Origin: Actinomycetes bacterium
Lineage (GTDB): Bacteria > Actinomycetota > Acidimicrobiia > Acidimicrobiales > JAMCQF01
Length of the DNA: 64,000 nt
Reading direction: 5' to 3'
Assembly: GCA_021851885.1 (NCBI GenBank)
Contig: JAJZBS010000002.1
Coordinates: 3,162 to 67,161, forward strand
Positions 51,914 through 60,013 of this stretch are shown piece after piece. The position numbers and the translations under genes are program-made. Numbering within the stretch: the first letter of the stretch is position 1; the number at the start of each line of letters is the position of its first letter. The notes under the pieces were generated by a model. That model was given only the letters and a program-made list of their open reading frames with translations. It was not told the origin of the DNA and made no database searches.

Positions 51914-52936
51914 GTGAATATTGACCACCCGTCCACCCGCAGCGAGACCCGGCCCGTGACGTCCTCCGCACCAGGCACATCTGAACTTGTGGTCAGCGAC
52001 AGCGTCCGTCATGCCGCGCGCCTGATCACCCAGATCGAGAACGGGGTCCCGGCCGCCCGCGCGGTCCTGGCCGAGTTACTGCCCCACTGCGGCTCGGCAC
52101 AGCTGGTCGGCATCACCGGCCCGCCGGGAGCGGGTAAGAGCACACTCACCGCGTCGCTCATCAAGGAGCTGCGGTCACAGGGCCGGAGCGTCGGGGTGAT
52201 CGCCGTCGACCCGTCGAGCCCCTTCTCCATGGGTGCCCTGCTCGGTGACCGTGACCGGATGCTCGAGGCGGCCAGCGGCGACCCTGGTGTCTTCATCCGC
52301 TCGCTCGCCTCGCGAGGTGTCCCGGGCGGGCTGGCCGCAGCCGTGAACGACGTCGTCGACGTGATGGACGCCATGGGCAAGGACGTGGTGATCGTGGAGA
52401 CCGTCGGCGTGGGCCAGGGTGAGCTGGAGATCGCCAAGATCGCCCACACCGTCGTGCTCGTGTTCGTCCCCGGGTACGGCGACGCGTTGCAGGCCATGAA
52501 GGCCGGGATCACGGAGATCGCCGACGTGGTTGCAGTCAACAAAGGCGACCTGGCCGAGGCGTCCAGGGCGGTCCAGGAACTGCGCGGCCAGGACTACGTC
52601 CGGCACGACCCGACGGCGGACCGGACCTGGGTGGTGCCGGTACAGAAGGTGTCGGCCCTCCGCAACGAGGGCATTGCCGAGCTCGTGGGGCTCATCGACG
52701 ACCACTACCGGTTCACAGCCCAGAGCGCCTGGCGGAGCGAGATCGAGCGCAACCGCCGCCACGCACAGTTCATGGCGTTCGTGACCGAGCGGCTGCGGGC
52801 CGAGCTGGCGTCGATCGACCTCGACGCCTTCGACGCCGGCTGGCTGCGTGATCCGTACGCGGCAGCAGAGGAATTCGTCACCGAGATCGTGAAGGCCCGT
52901 GCGGACAGAGGCGCCGTGGGCCTGGCAGCGAAATGA
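51914..52936 (+). CDS. meaB: Methylmalonyl-CoA-mutase-associated G-protein chaperone (MeaB/ArgK family)
   Basis: P-loop GITGPPGAGKST, VETVGVGQ and NKGD. The start is uncertain: GTG 51914 abuts the -10-like hexamer, and in-frame GTGs at 51956 and about 51989 are possible. Confidence 0.85.
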   Translation: MNIDHPSTRSETRPVTSSAPGTSELVVSDSVRHAARLITQIENGVPAARAVLAELLPHCGSAQLVGITGPPGAGKSTLTASLIKELRSQGRSVGVIAVDPSSPFSMGALLGDRDRMLEAASGDPGVFIRSLASRGVPGGLAAAVNDVVDVMDAMGKDVVIVETVGVGQGELEIAKIAHTVVLVFVPGYGDALQAMKAGITEIADVVAVNKGDLAEASRAVQELRGQDYVRHDPTADRTWVVPVQKVSALRNEGIAELVGLIDDHYRFTAQSAWRSEIERNRRHAQFMAFVTERLRAELASIDLDAFDAGWLRDPYAAAEEFVTEIVKARADRGAVGLAAK

Positions 52937-52949
52937 GAGCGAGGAACTG

Positions 52950-54620
52950 ATGAGCCAGGACGTTTCGACCGATTCCTTCGAGGCCCGCAAGCACGAGTGG
53001 GAGCAGCGCCGGGCGCGCTATGCCGACAAGTTGCGCCCGGGCAAGACGCTTTCGGGCCTGCCGGTCAAGACCGTCTACACGAAGGAGGACGTCACCGACA
53101 GCGATCTCGACGAGATGCCTGGCGTCTACCCCTTCACCCGTGGGCTCTACCCGGACGGCTATGCGCTCACCCCGTGGATGCAGCAGATGGTGTTCGGCTA
53201 CGGCACCATCGAGGAGACCCGCCAGAAGATGGAGAAGATGGTCGAGGAGGGCATGGAGGGCTACTTCGGCCACAAGGTCTTCAACACCGTCTACGACATC
53301 CCGTGCATGTACGGCATCGACGCCGACGATCCCGAGGCGGTCGGCAACCTCGGTCAGTGTGGGGTGCACATGAGCACCGGCGACGACTACGACGAGCTGA
53401 TCCGCGGCTGGGACCTGGAGTCCACGAACTTCTCGATGATCACCGGCGACAACTGCCTCCCTGCCCTCGCCCTGCTGGCGGCCGCGGTCGAGCGCCGGGG
53501 CGAGCCGTTCTCGAAGATGCACGGCAACTCGATGAACTGGTACCCCCGCATCGCCGTGCAGGACGTGCCGTCGTGGGAGCCCAAGTGGGGTTACGCCCTG
53601 ATCATCGATCTCGTCAAGTGGGCGATGGAGAACGCGCCCGACTGGAACCCGGTCAACATCTTCATGTACGGCATCTCCGAGGCGGGGGCCACCCCCGTCC
53701 AGGAGCTCGCCTACGGCCTGGCCTGGGGCAAGTCCATCATCGACGCCGGCCTGGCGGCCGGCCTGGCGCCTGACGACTTCATCGGCCGCCTGTCGTTCCA
53801 GATCGGCTGCACGGTCAACGTCTTCGAGGAGGTGGCCAAATTCCGGGCACACCGTCGCATGTGGGCGAAGATCTGTAAGGACGCCGGAGCCACCAAGCCG
53901 TCGAACATGCTGGCCCGGGTCCACGTGCACACGAGCGGGTACGTCCTGACCCAGCAGCAGCTGCTCAACAACACCGGCCGGATCACTCTCCAGACCCTGG
54001 CCGCCGTGCTCGGGGGCGTCGCCTCGATCCACACCTGCTCCTACGACGAGGCCGTCGGGGTGCCCACCGAGGAGTCCCACCGGACGGCGCTGCGCACGCA
54101 GCAGATCCTGATGTGGGAGAGCGGGCTGCGCGAGGTGGCCGACCCGCTCGGGGGCTCGTACTTCGTCGAGCAGCTGACCGACGACATGGAGGCGGCCGCC
54201 TGGGAGATCTACGACGAGATCGAGGCCGCCGGTGGCTACCAGCGCGGGATCGAGACCGGCGAGATCAAGCGCGCCATCGACAACTCCTCCTACGAGCTCA
54301 AGAAGATGGTCAACAGCGGTGAGCTGCCGGTGGTGGGCGTCAATCGCTATGTCACGGACGAGCAGGAGAACTACGAGCCGTTCCGGATCGATGAGTCGAT
54401 CGAAGAGAAGGCCAAGGCCCGGCTGCAGGACTACCGGGCACGGCGCGACGAGACCGCCGTCAGGGCGGCGCTCGAGAACGTGCGGGTGGCGTGCGAGGCG
54501 CTGAAGGAAGGCACGGGTTCGCTGATGCCTGCGCTGGTCGACGCAGCCCGGGCCGGCGCCACCAACGGCGAGATGATGGTGCCGATGCGCGACGCGTTCG
54601 GCTGGTTCGTCAGCGAGTGA
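52950..54620 (+). CDS. B12-dependent acyl-CoA mutase large (substrate-binding) subunit, divergent
   Basis: YPFTRGLYP, EVAKFRAHRRMWAKI, and ALRTQQILMWESGLREVADPLGGSYFVEQLT are mutase-family blocks. The expected RQYAGF and GTIQNDILKE blocks instead read QQMVFGYG and HGNSMNWYPRIAV. Confidence 0.8.
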   Translation: MSQDVSTDSFEARKHEWEQRRARYADKLRPGKTLSGLPVKTVYTKEDVTDSDLDEMPGVYPFTRGLYPDGYALTPWMQQMVFGYGTIEETRQKMEKMVEEGMEGYFGHKVFNTVYDIPCMYGIDADDPEAVGNLGQCGVHMSTGDDYDELIRGWDLESTNFSMITGDNCLPALALLAAAVERRGEPFSKMHGNSMNWYPRIAVQDVPSWEPKWGYALIIDLVKWAMENAPDWNPVNIFMYGISEAGATPVQELAYGLAWGKSIIDAGLAAGLAPDDFIGRLSFQIGCTVNVFEEVAKFRAHRRMWAKICKDAGATKPSNMLARVHVHTSGYVLTQQQLLNNTGRITLQTLAAVLGGVASIHTCSYDEAVGVPTEESHRTALRTQQILMWESGLREVADPLGGSYFVEQLTDDMEAAAWEIYDEIEAAGGYQRGIETGEIKRAIDNSSYELKKMVNSGELPVVGVNRYVTDEQENYEPFRIDESIEEKAKARLQDYRARRDETAVRAALENVRVACEALKEGTGSLMPALVDAARAGATNGEMMVPMRDAFGWFVSE

Positions 54621-54652
54621 TCATCAACCCCGAACGCGTGAGATAGGAGTAG

Positions 54653-55063
54653 GTGGTGTCGAAGGAGCACATCAAGGTCCTCCTGGCCAAGAAGAAGATC
54701 GACGTCCACGGGCGCGGCACCAAGCTGCTCGCCCGCGAACTGCGCGACGCCGGGATGGAAGTCGTCTACTTCCGGTTCGGTGTCGTCGATGAGATCGCCG
54801 ATGCTGCGGTGCAGGAGGACGTCGACGTGGTCGGCGTGAGCGTCATGACCAGCGGCCAGATCCAGATCGCCCGCGGCCTCATCCCCGCGCTGAAAGCGCG
54901 TGGGCTCGACAATGTCCTGGTCATCATGGGGGGCATCATCCCCGAGGTCGACTACGAGCCGCTGTACGAGCTTGGCATCCACCGTTGCTTCGCCCCGGGC
55001 CTGCCTGGTGGAGCGGTCGCCGAGTACATCAGGGAGAACGTCGGGACCGCCACGCTCGGTTGA
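54653..55063 (+). CDS. Acyl-CoA mutase small (cobalamin-binding) subunit
   Basis: 136 aa with the DxHxxG motif (IDVHGRG), GVSVMTSG, and the MGGIIP Rossmann-like B12-binding domain. AGGAG lies upstream, with a GTG start at 54653/54656. Confidence 0.85.
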   Translation: MVSKEHIKVLLAKKKIDVHGRGTKLLARELRDAGMEVVYFRFGVVDEIADAAVQEDVDVVGVSVMTSGQIQIARGLIPALKARGLDNVLVIMGGIIPEVDYEPLYELGIHRCFAPGLPGGAVAEYIRENVGTATLG

Positions 55064-55118
55064 GTGGTCAGGCCGGCGGCAGGTACGGAGGCCCACTTGG
55101 GCCCAAGGAGGGACAGCC

Positions 55119-55928
55119 ATGGCCGCGCTCGCTGGAGTGCACGGCAAGTCGGTGATCGTGACCGGTGGAGGCGGGGGGCTGGGGTCGTCCTTGGCCGCGG
55201 AGCTCTGTCGGCTGGGTGCCCGGGTGGTGGTGTGCGGTCGCACGCAGGCCACCCTTGACCAGGCCGTCGACGCGATCGATGCCGAGCTCGGGCCCGACCA
55301 GGCCTACGCGGTCACGTGCGACGTCAGGGACCCGCAGTCCGTCCGGGACCTGTTCGACCGGGCCGAGGAGCTGCTCGGCGGCGTCGACGGCCTCGTCAAC
55401 AACGCGTCCGGTCTGTTCCCGGTCAAGGCCGAGGACCTCAGCGCCAACGGGTTCGACGCCGTGGTCAAGATCGTCCTGAACGGCACGTGGCACTGCACGT
55501 CCGAGGCCGGCCGCCGTTGGCTGGCCGCCGGGCGCAAGGGCGCGGTGGTCAACGTCCTCACGCCGTACGCGTGGATGGGTGCCCCCGGCATCGTTCACAA
55601 CGCGTCGGCGAAAGGAGGCGTGCTCGCCATGACGCGGACGCTGGGTGCCGAGTGGGCGGGCCGTGGTGTCCGGGTGAACGCCGTGGCACCAGGTTGGATG
55701 CCGGTCGGGGGAACGGAGTTCCTGGCAGGCGACCCGGCGGTGCGGGATCGCCTCATCGAGGCGATCCCGGCCGGGCGGCTGCTCCAGCCGGAGGAGACCG
55801 CACGGGCCGTGGCATACCTGCTCTCCGACGACGCCGATTACGTGGTGGGGGAGACCCTGACGATCGACGGCGGGCACCACCTGTCGAAGGGCCTGTTCGA
55901 GTTCCTGCACGAGGTACCCGCCCGCTGA
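55119..55928 (+). CDS. SDR family oxidoreductase (2,4-dienoyl-CoA-reductase-like)
   Basis: GKSVIVTGGGGGLGSS, NNAS, and SAKGG in place of YxxxK. AAGGAGGGA precedes the ATG. Confidence 0.8.
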   Translation: MAALAGVHGKSVIVTGGGGGLGSSLAAELCRLGARVVVCGRTQATLDQAVDAIDAELGPDQAYAVTCDVRDPQSVRDLFDRAEELLGGVDGLVNNASGLFPVKAEDLSANGFDAVVKIVLNGTWHCTSEAGRRWLAAGRKGAVVNVLTPYAWMGAPGIVHNASAKGGVLAMTRTLGAEWAGRGVRVNAVAPGWMPVGGTEFLAGDPAVRDRLIEAIPAGRLLQPEETARAVAYLLSDDADYVVGETLTIDGGHHLSKGLFEFLHEVPAR

Positions 55929-55980
55929 GCGCGTTCCCCTGGGGGGTATGAGCCGGGTTACGCGATAGAGACGCTACCCT

Positions 55981-55995
55981 TGACGATAGTCGTGA
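55981..55995. promoter_or_regulatory. Degenerate dyad O16 (ACGA-N3-TCGT) upstream of MerR-1
   Basis: TGACGATAGTCGTGA, preceded by cTTGACG. It has two core mismatches relative to the family and is weak. Confidence 0.25.
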
Positions 55996-56023
55996 ACGTT
56001 TGATGTCGAAAGGGTGAGGGCAG

Positions 56024-56569
56024 ATGTCCACCGGCGAGCGCAAGCCTGATTCCGCACCAGCGAAGCCACGTCGTGGCAGGCAGTCCCCGAATGATCGGGT
56101 ATTGAAGGCCGCCGAACCGGCCGGCAAACTCCCCGATCCCGTCGGGGAGACGGTCAGCATCGGTGAGCTGGCGAGGCGGACGAACGTGTCGACGCGGACC
56201 ATCCGCTACTACGAGGAGCTCGGCATCCTGCCCGAACCGGAGCGGACGTCGGGAGGCACCCGGCGGTACCCGACGGATTACATCTTCTACGTGGAAGGGG
56301 CAAAGATCCTGAAGCAGCTGGGCTTCGGGCTCGAGGAGATCGCCGAGCTGGGCAAGTTCGCGCTGACCGGGGCATCGGCGTCCAAGCGGACGCGCGCCAT
56401 CCTTCAGCAGAAGCTCGGTGAGCTCAACCACCGGATCGGGGTGCTCGACCGCTTGCACGACCTGGTGGAGCAGGCGTCCTCCGATCCGACGGCGAAGGAC
56501 CTGCCGGTGCCCGAGCTCCTCCGCTGGGTGACCGAAGAGAACGGCCTCCGGGCGGTCGCCGGCGACTGA
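56024..56569 (+). CDS. MerR family transcriptional regulator (paralog 1)
   Basis: HTH region IGELARRTNVSTRTIRYYEELGILPEPERTSGGTRRYP. GGGTGAGGG precedes the ATG. About 75% identical by eye to 63093-63602 over the core. Confidence 0.88.
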   Translation: MSTGERKPDSAPAKPRRGRQSPNDRVLKAAEPAGKLPDPVGETVSIGELARRTNVSTRTIRYYEELGILPEPERTSGGTRRYPTDYIFYVEGAKILKQLGFGLEEIAELGKFALTGASASKRTRAILQQKLGELNHRIGVLDRLHDLVEQASSDPTAKDLPVPELLRWVTEENGLRAVAGD

Positions 56570-56728
56570 CTCGCCATGGGAGAAGATGTGTCACGTTGAC
56601 CGCGTGGCGGCGACCGGTGTCCACCCAGGACCTGTCCCGCCGCCCCGGAGAACACTAGGGGCGTCCGACGGACCTGGCGAGGCCGCCGGGGCGCGATCGA
56701 CGGTGGACGTCGGTGGCGAACCATGATA

Positions 56729-56743
56729 TAACGTTGGACGTCA
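56729..56743. promoter_or_regulatory. Dyad operator site O17
   Basis: TAACGTTGGACGTCA with a perfect core, upstream of the MaoC-ACAD operon. Confidence 0.6.
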
Positions 56744-56771
56744 AGTGGTAGAAGCTACGGCTGGAGCGCGC

Positions 56772-57227
56772 ATGTTCGACAGGTACTACGACGAACTCGA
56801 GGTCGGCGACCGGCGCGAGTTCAGCGGCGTCACGATCACCGAGACCCACGTCGTCAACTTCGCCGGGGTCACCGGGGACCACTTCGGTCTGCACATGGAC
56901 GCCGAGTACGCGAAATCCACGCCGTTCGGGCAGCGGATCGCCCACGGTCTGCTGGTGTTGTCGGTCGGTGCGGGCCTGATCCCGCTCCTCCCCGGTCGGG
57001 TCCAGGCCTTCATGGGCATGGACGAGGTGCGGTTCCTGGCGCCGGTCTTCTTCGGCGACACGGTCCATCCCGTGATGGAGGTGCTCGAGAAGGAGGACAA
57101 GAAGTCCGGCGGCACCGTCGTGATCCAGGAGAACATCGTCAATCAGAAGGGCGACGTCGTGGTATCGGCGAAGATCCGGATCTGGGTGGGGTCCAGTCCG
57201 GAGGGCGCCGGGACCCCGCCCGCCTGA
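56772..57227 (+). CDS. MaoC-like (R)-specific enoyl-CoA hydratase/dehydratase
   Basis: Hot-dog fold pattern ...ITETHVVNFAGVTGDHFGLHMDAEYA...FGQRIAHGLL. GGAG lies 5 nt before ATG 56772. Confidence 0.85.
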   Translation: MFDRYYDELEVGDRREFSGVTITETHVVNFAGVTGDHFGLHMDAEYAKSTPFGQRIAHGLLVLSVGAGLIPLLPGRVQAFMGMDEVRFLAPVFFGDTVHPVMEVLEKEDKKSGGTVVIQENIVNQKGDVVVSAKIRIWVGSSPEGAGTPPA

Positions 57228-57300
57228 ACTATCCACCCGAGACGTGACGCGGTACGGCACCCGCTCGGGTGGCAACCGGGCATGCAGTGACGGAGACGCC

Positions 57301-58449
57301 ATGGAACGGAACCTCTTCGAGCCGGACCACCTCGCCTTCCGCGACTCGGTGCGCACGTTCATCGCGCGCAACGTGGCGGATGACTACGAGCGCTGGGAGC
57401 ACGAGGGCATGGTCGACCGCCTCCTCTGGAACCGGGCCGGGGAGGCCGGGTTCCTCGGGATGTCCATTCCCGAGGAGTACGGCGGCGGCGGCGTGGTGGA
57501 CTTCCGGTTCAACGCGACGCTGACCGAGGAGTTCGCGCTCTCCAACATGCTGTCGCTCTCGTCGGGGTTCGGCCTGCACAACGACGTGGTGGCGCCCTAC
57601 CTGGTGGAGCTGGGCACGCCCGAGCAGCACGCCCGCTGGCTGCCGGGGTTCTGCTCGGGTGACATCGTCACCGCCATCGCCATGACGGAGCCCGATGCCG
57701 GGAGTGACCTGAAGGGGGTGCGCACCACGGCGCGCCGCGATGGTGATTCGTACGTCGTGAACGGCACCAAGACGTTCATCACCAACGGGATCCACGCCGA
57801 CCTCGTGATCGTCGTGGCCAAGACCGATCCGGGAGCCGGGGCACGCGGGATGAGCCTGCTGGTCGTGGAGCGCGGCATGGAGGGGTTCGAGCGCGGCCGG
57901 CGCCTGTCCAAGGCGGGCATGCACGCGCAGGACACCGCCGAGCTGGTGTTCAACGACGTGCGCGTTCCGGCCGAGAACCTCCTCGGCCAGGAGAACGGCG
58001 CCTTCGGGCACCTGATGGACAATCTGCCCCAGGAGCGGTTGTCGATCGCCGTCGTCGCCGGTGCCGCCGCACGAGCTGCGTTCGCATGGACGGTCGACTA
58101 CTGCCACGACCGCAAGGCCTTCGGTCAGCCGATCGGCAGCTTCCAGAACAGCCGGTTCAAGCTCGCCGAGATGGCGACGGAGATCGAGGTCACCCAGCAC
58201 TACATCGACCAGTGTGTGGTGGACCACCATGCAGGCCGCCTCAGCGCGGTGGGGGCCGCAAAGGTGAAGTGGTGGGCGACCGAGGTGATGAAGCGGGTGA
58301 CGGACACCTGCGTGCAGCTCCACGGCGGGTATGGCTACATGGACGAGTACCCGATCTCGCGCGCCTGGCGTGACGCCCGGGTCCACACCATCTTCGGTGG
58401 CACGACCGAGATCATGAAAGAGATCATCGGCCGCGACCTGGGGTTCTGA
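57301..58449 (+). CDS. Acyl-CoA dehydrogenase
   Basis: AMTEPDAGSDL and a C-terminal ...IFGGTTEIMKEIIGRDL. GGAG lies 5 nt before the ATG. Confidence 0.92.
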   Translation: MERNLFEPDHLAFRDSVRTFIARNVADDYERWEHEGMVDRLLWNRAGEAGFLGMSIPEEYGGGGVVDFRFNATLTEEFALSNMLSLSSGFGLHNDVVAPYLVELGTPEQHARWLPGFCSGDIVTAIAMTEPDAGSDLKGVRTTARRDGDSYVVNGTKTFITNGIHADLVIVVAKTDPGAGARGMSLLVVERGMEGFERGRRLSKAGMHAQDTAELVFNDVRVPAENLLGQENGAFGHLMDNLPQERLSIAVVAGAAARAAFAWTVDYCHDRKAFGQPIGSFQNSRFKLAEMATEIEVTQHYIDQCVVDHHAGRLSAVGAAKVKWWATEVMKRVTDTCVQLHGGYGYMDEYPISRAWRDARVHTIFGGTTEIMKEIIGRDLGF

Positions 58450-58458
58450 GGGCGGGCC

Positions 58459-59922
58459 TCAGGCCGGTTGGCGATGGGCGACGTGGCGGCCGGCGACCCG
58501 TCCGAAGAACGACCCCGGCCCGAGACTGAGGCCGCTCGCGTACCCCTTGCCGTCCTGGGCGATGGTCGATGCACACGCCCCGGCCGCGTACAGCCCGGGC
58601 ACGGGGCGGCCCCGGGTCGTCAGTACCCGGGCATCGGCGTCGGTGCGCAGCCCGCCGAGGGTCATGAACAGGTAGGACGACGTGTCGAAGGAGACGTCGA
58701 ACGCCGCCCACGGACCGTTCGTCAGCGGCACCACCCAGTCGGGGTGCTTCATGAACTGCGGGTCCTCGCCGCTCGCCGCGTGCTCGTTGTACGCGGCGAG
58801 CGTGGCGACGAGCGCGCCGGCGGGCATGCCCAGGGCCCGTTCCATCTCCTCGACGGTTTCCCATCCGTCGACCAGCGTGTGCCGGTGCGCGGTGATCTTC
58901 GGATAGGCGAACGTGGCCGCGTCGACGACCAGGAATGCCCTCTGCTCCGGCTGCTCCATGATGAAGCCGGCCGTACGCCCGTGGTAGGCGTCCTCCGCCA
59001 CGAAGCGCTCGCCCCGCAGGTTGACGAGCACCCCCTTGATGAGCCCGCTGGGCGGGTAGAACGAGCCGGTGGCAATGATGCCGCCCATCGACTGGGTGCT
59101 GGCACCGGCGGAAACTCCGAGCACGATGCCGGAACCGTCGTTGCCGGGGACGCCCAGCGGTTCCGAGGTCGCGGCCAGTGACGGGACGTGCTCGGCGAGC
59201 ATCCCCGGGTCGAAATTGAAGCCGCCGGTGCCGAGGACGACGCCGCGCCCCGCCCGCAGGTGGACGTCTGCGCCGTCGCGCCGTGCGCGCACGCCGATGA
59301 TCCCGCCGTCGCCACCGGCGACGAGGGCGGTGACTCGGGTGTCGGACATCGCCGGGAGATCCTCGGCCTGGCACGTGGCCAGGATGGCCTGCATGCCGAC
59401 GGCACCGGCGTGCTCGCCCTCGCCGGCGACCTTGTGTCCGCGCGGCGCCGGCCGGGCGATCTCCCGGAACGGCCACGCCTTCTCATTGCCGGTGCTGAAC
59501 AGCCCGGTGGTGCTGGTCAGGACCACCGACTTCCCGCCGAAATAGCTGCGTTCGAAGGGCACCCCCTGGGCCTCGAGCCAGTCGAAATGCTCCGGGCTCC
59601 CGAGGCAGTAGCGCCGCACGATGGAGGCATCGGGCGCGTTCGTGCTGGACAGGAGGAACTTGTACATCTCCTCGGGATCGTCCTCGTGCCCGAGATCCCG
59701 CTGCAGGGCGGTGCCACCGCCCAGATAGAAGATGCCCGACGAGACGATACTGGACCCACCGGGACCGCCCGCCCGGTCCACGACGAGGACGTCGGCGCCG
59801 GCTCGCTGCGCCTCGAGTGCGGCACAGGCGCCGGCGATCCCGTAGCCGACCACCACGACGTCGACGGTCTCGTCCCACGTGGCCACGTCCTCGGCGGGGA
59901 CCAAAGCTACCTGTTCGGGCAT
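58459..59922 (-). CDS. FAD-dependent oxidoreductase (KstD/fumarate-reductase-flavoprotein-like)
   Basis: VDVVVVGYGIAGACAALEAQRAG dinucleotide motif and a C-terminal GLYAAGACAS. 487 aa. Confidence 0.8.
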   Translation of the reverse strand: MPEQVALVPAEDVATWDETVDVVVVGYGIAGACAALEAQRAGADVLVVDRAGGPGGSSIVSSGIFYLGGGTALQRDLGHEDDPEEMYKFLLSSTNAPDASIVRRYCLGSPEHFDWLEAQGVPFERSYFGGKSVVLTSTTGLFSTGNEKAWPFREIARPAPRGHKVAGEGEHAGAVGMQAILATCQAEDLPAMSDTRVTALVAGGDGGIIGVRARRDGADVHLRAGRGVVLGTGGFNFDPGMLAEHVPSLAATSEPLGVPGNDGSGIVLGVSAGASTQSMGGIIATGSFYPPSGLIKGVLVNLRGERFVAEDAYHGRTAGFIMEQPEQRAFLVVDAATFAYPKITAHRHTLVDGWETVEEMERALGMPAGALVATLAAYNEHAASGEDPQFMKHPDWVVPLTNGPWAAFDVSFDTSSYLFMTLGGLRTDADARVLTTRGRPVPGLYAAGACASTIAQDGKGYASGLSLGPGSFFGRVAGRHVAHRQPA

Positions 59923-59971
59923 GGGACCCTCCTCGGCCGATGAGCACTGACGGCACCGAGCCTAACGATAC

Positions 59972-59986
59972 GTACGATTAACGTCC
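59972..59986. promoter_or_regulatory. Degenerate dyad O18 in a divergent promoter region
   Basis: GTACGATTAACGTCC within AACGATACGTACGATTAACGT. TACCAT (60002) is followed after 6 nt by ATG 60014, which looks leaderless. Confidence 0.3.
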
Positions 59987-60013
59987 AATGGCAGATCGCT
60001 GTACCATTCCGAC

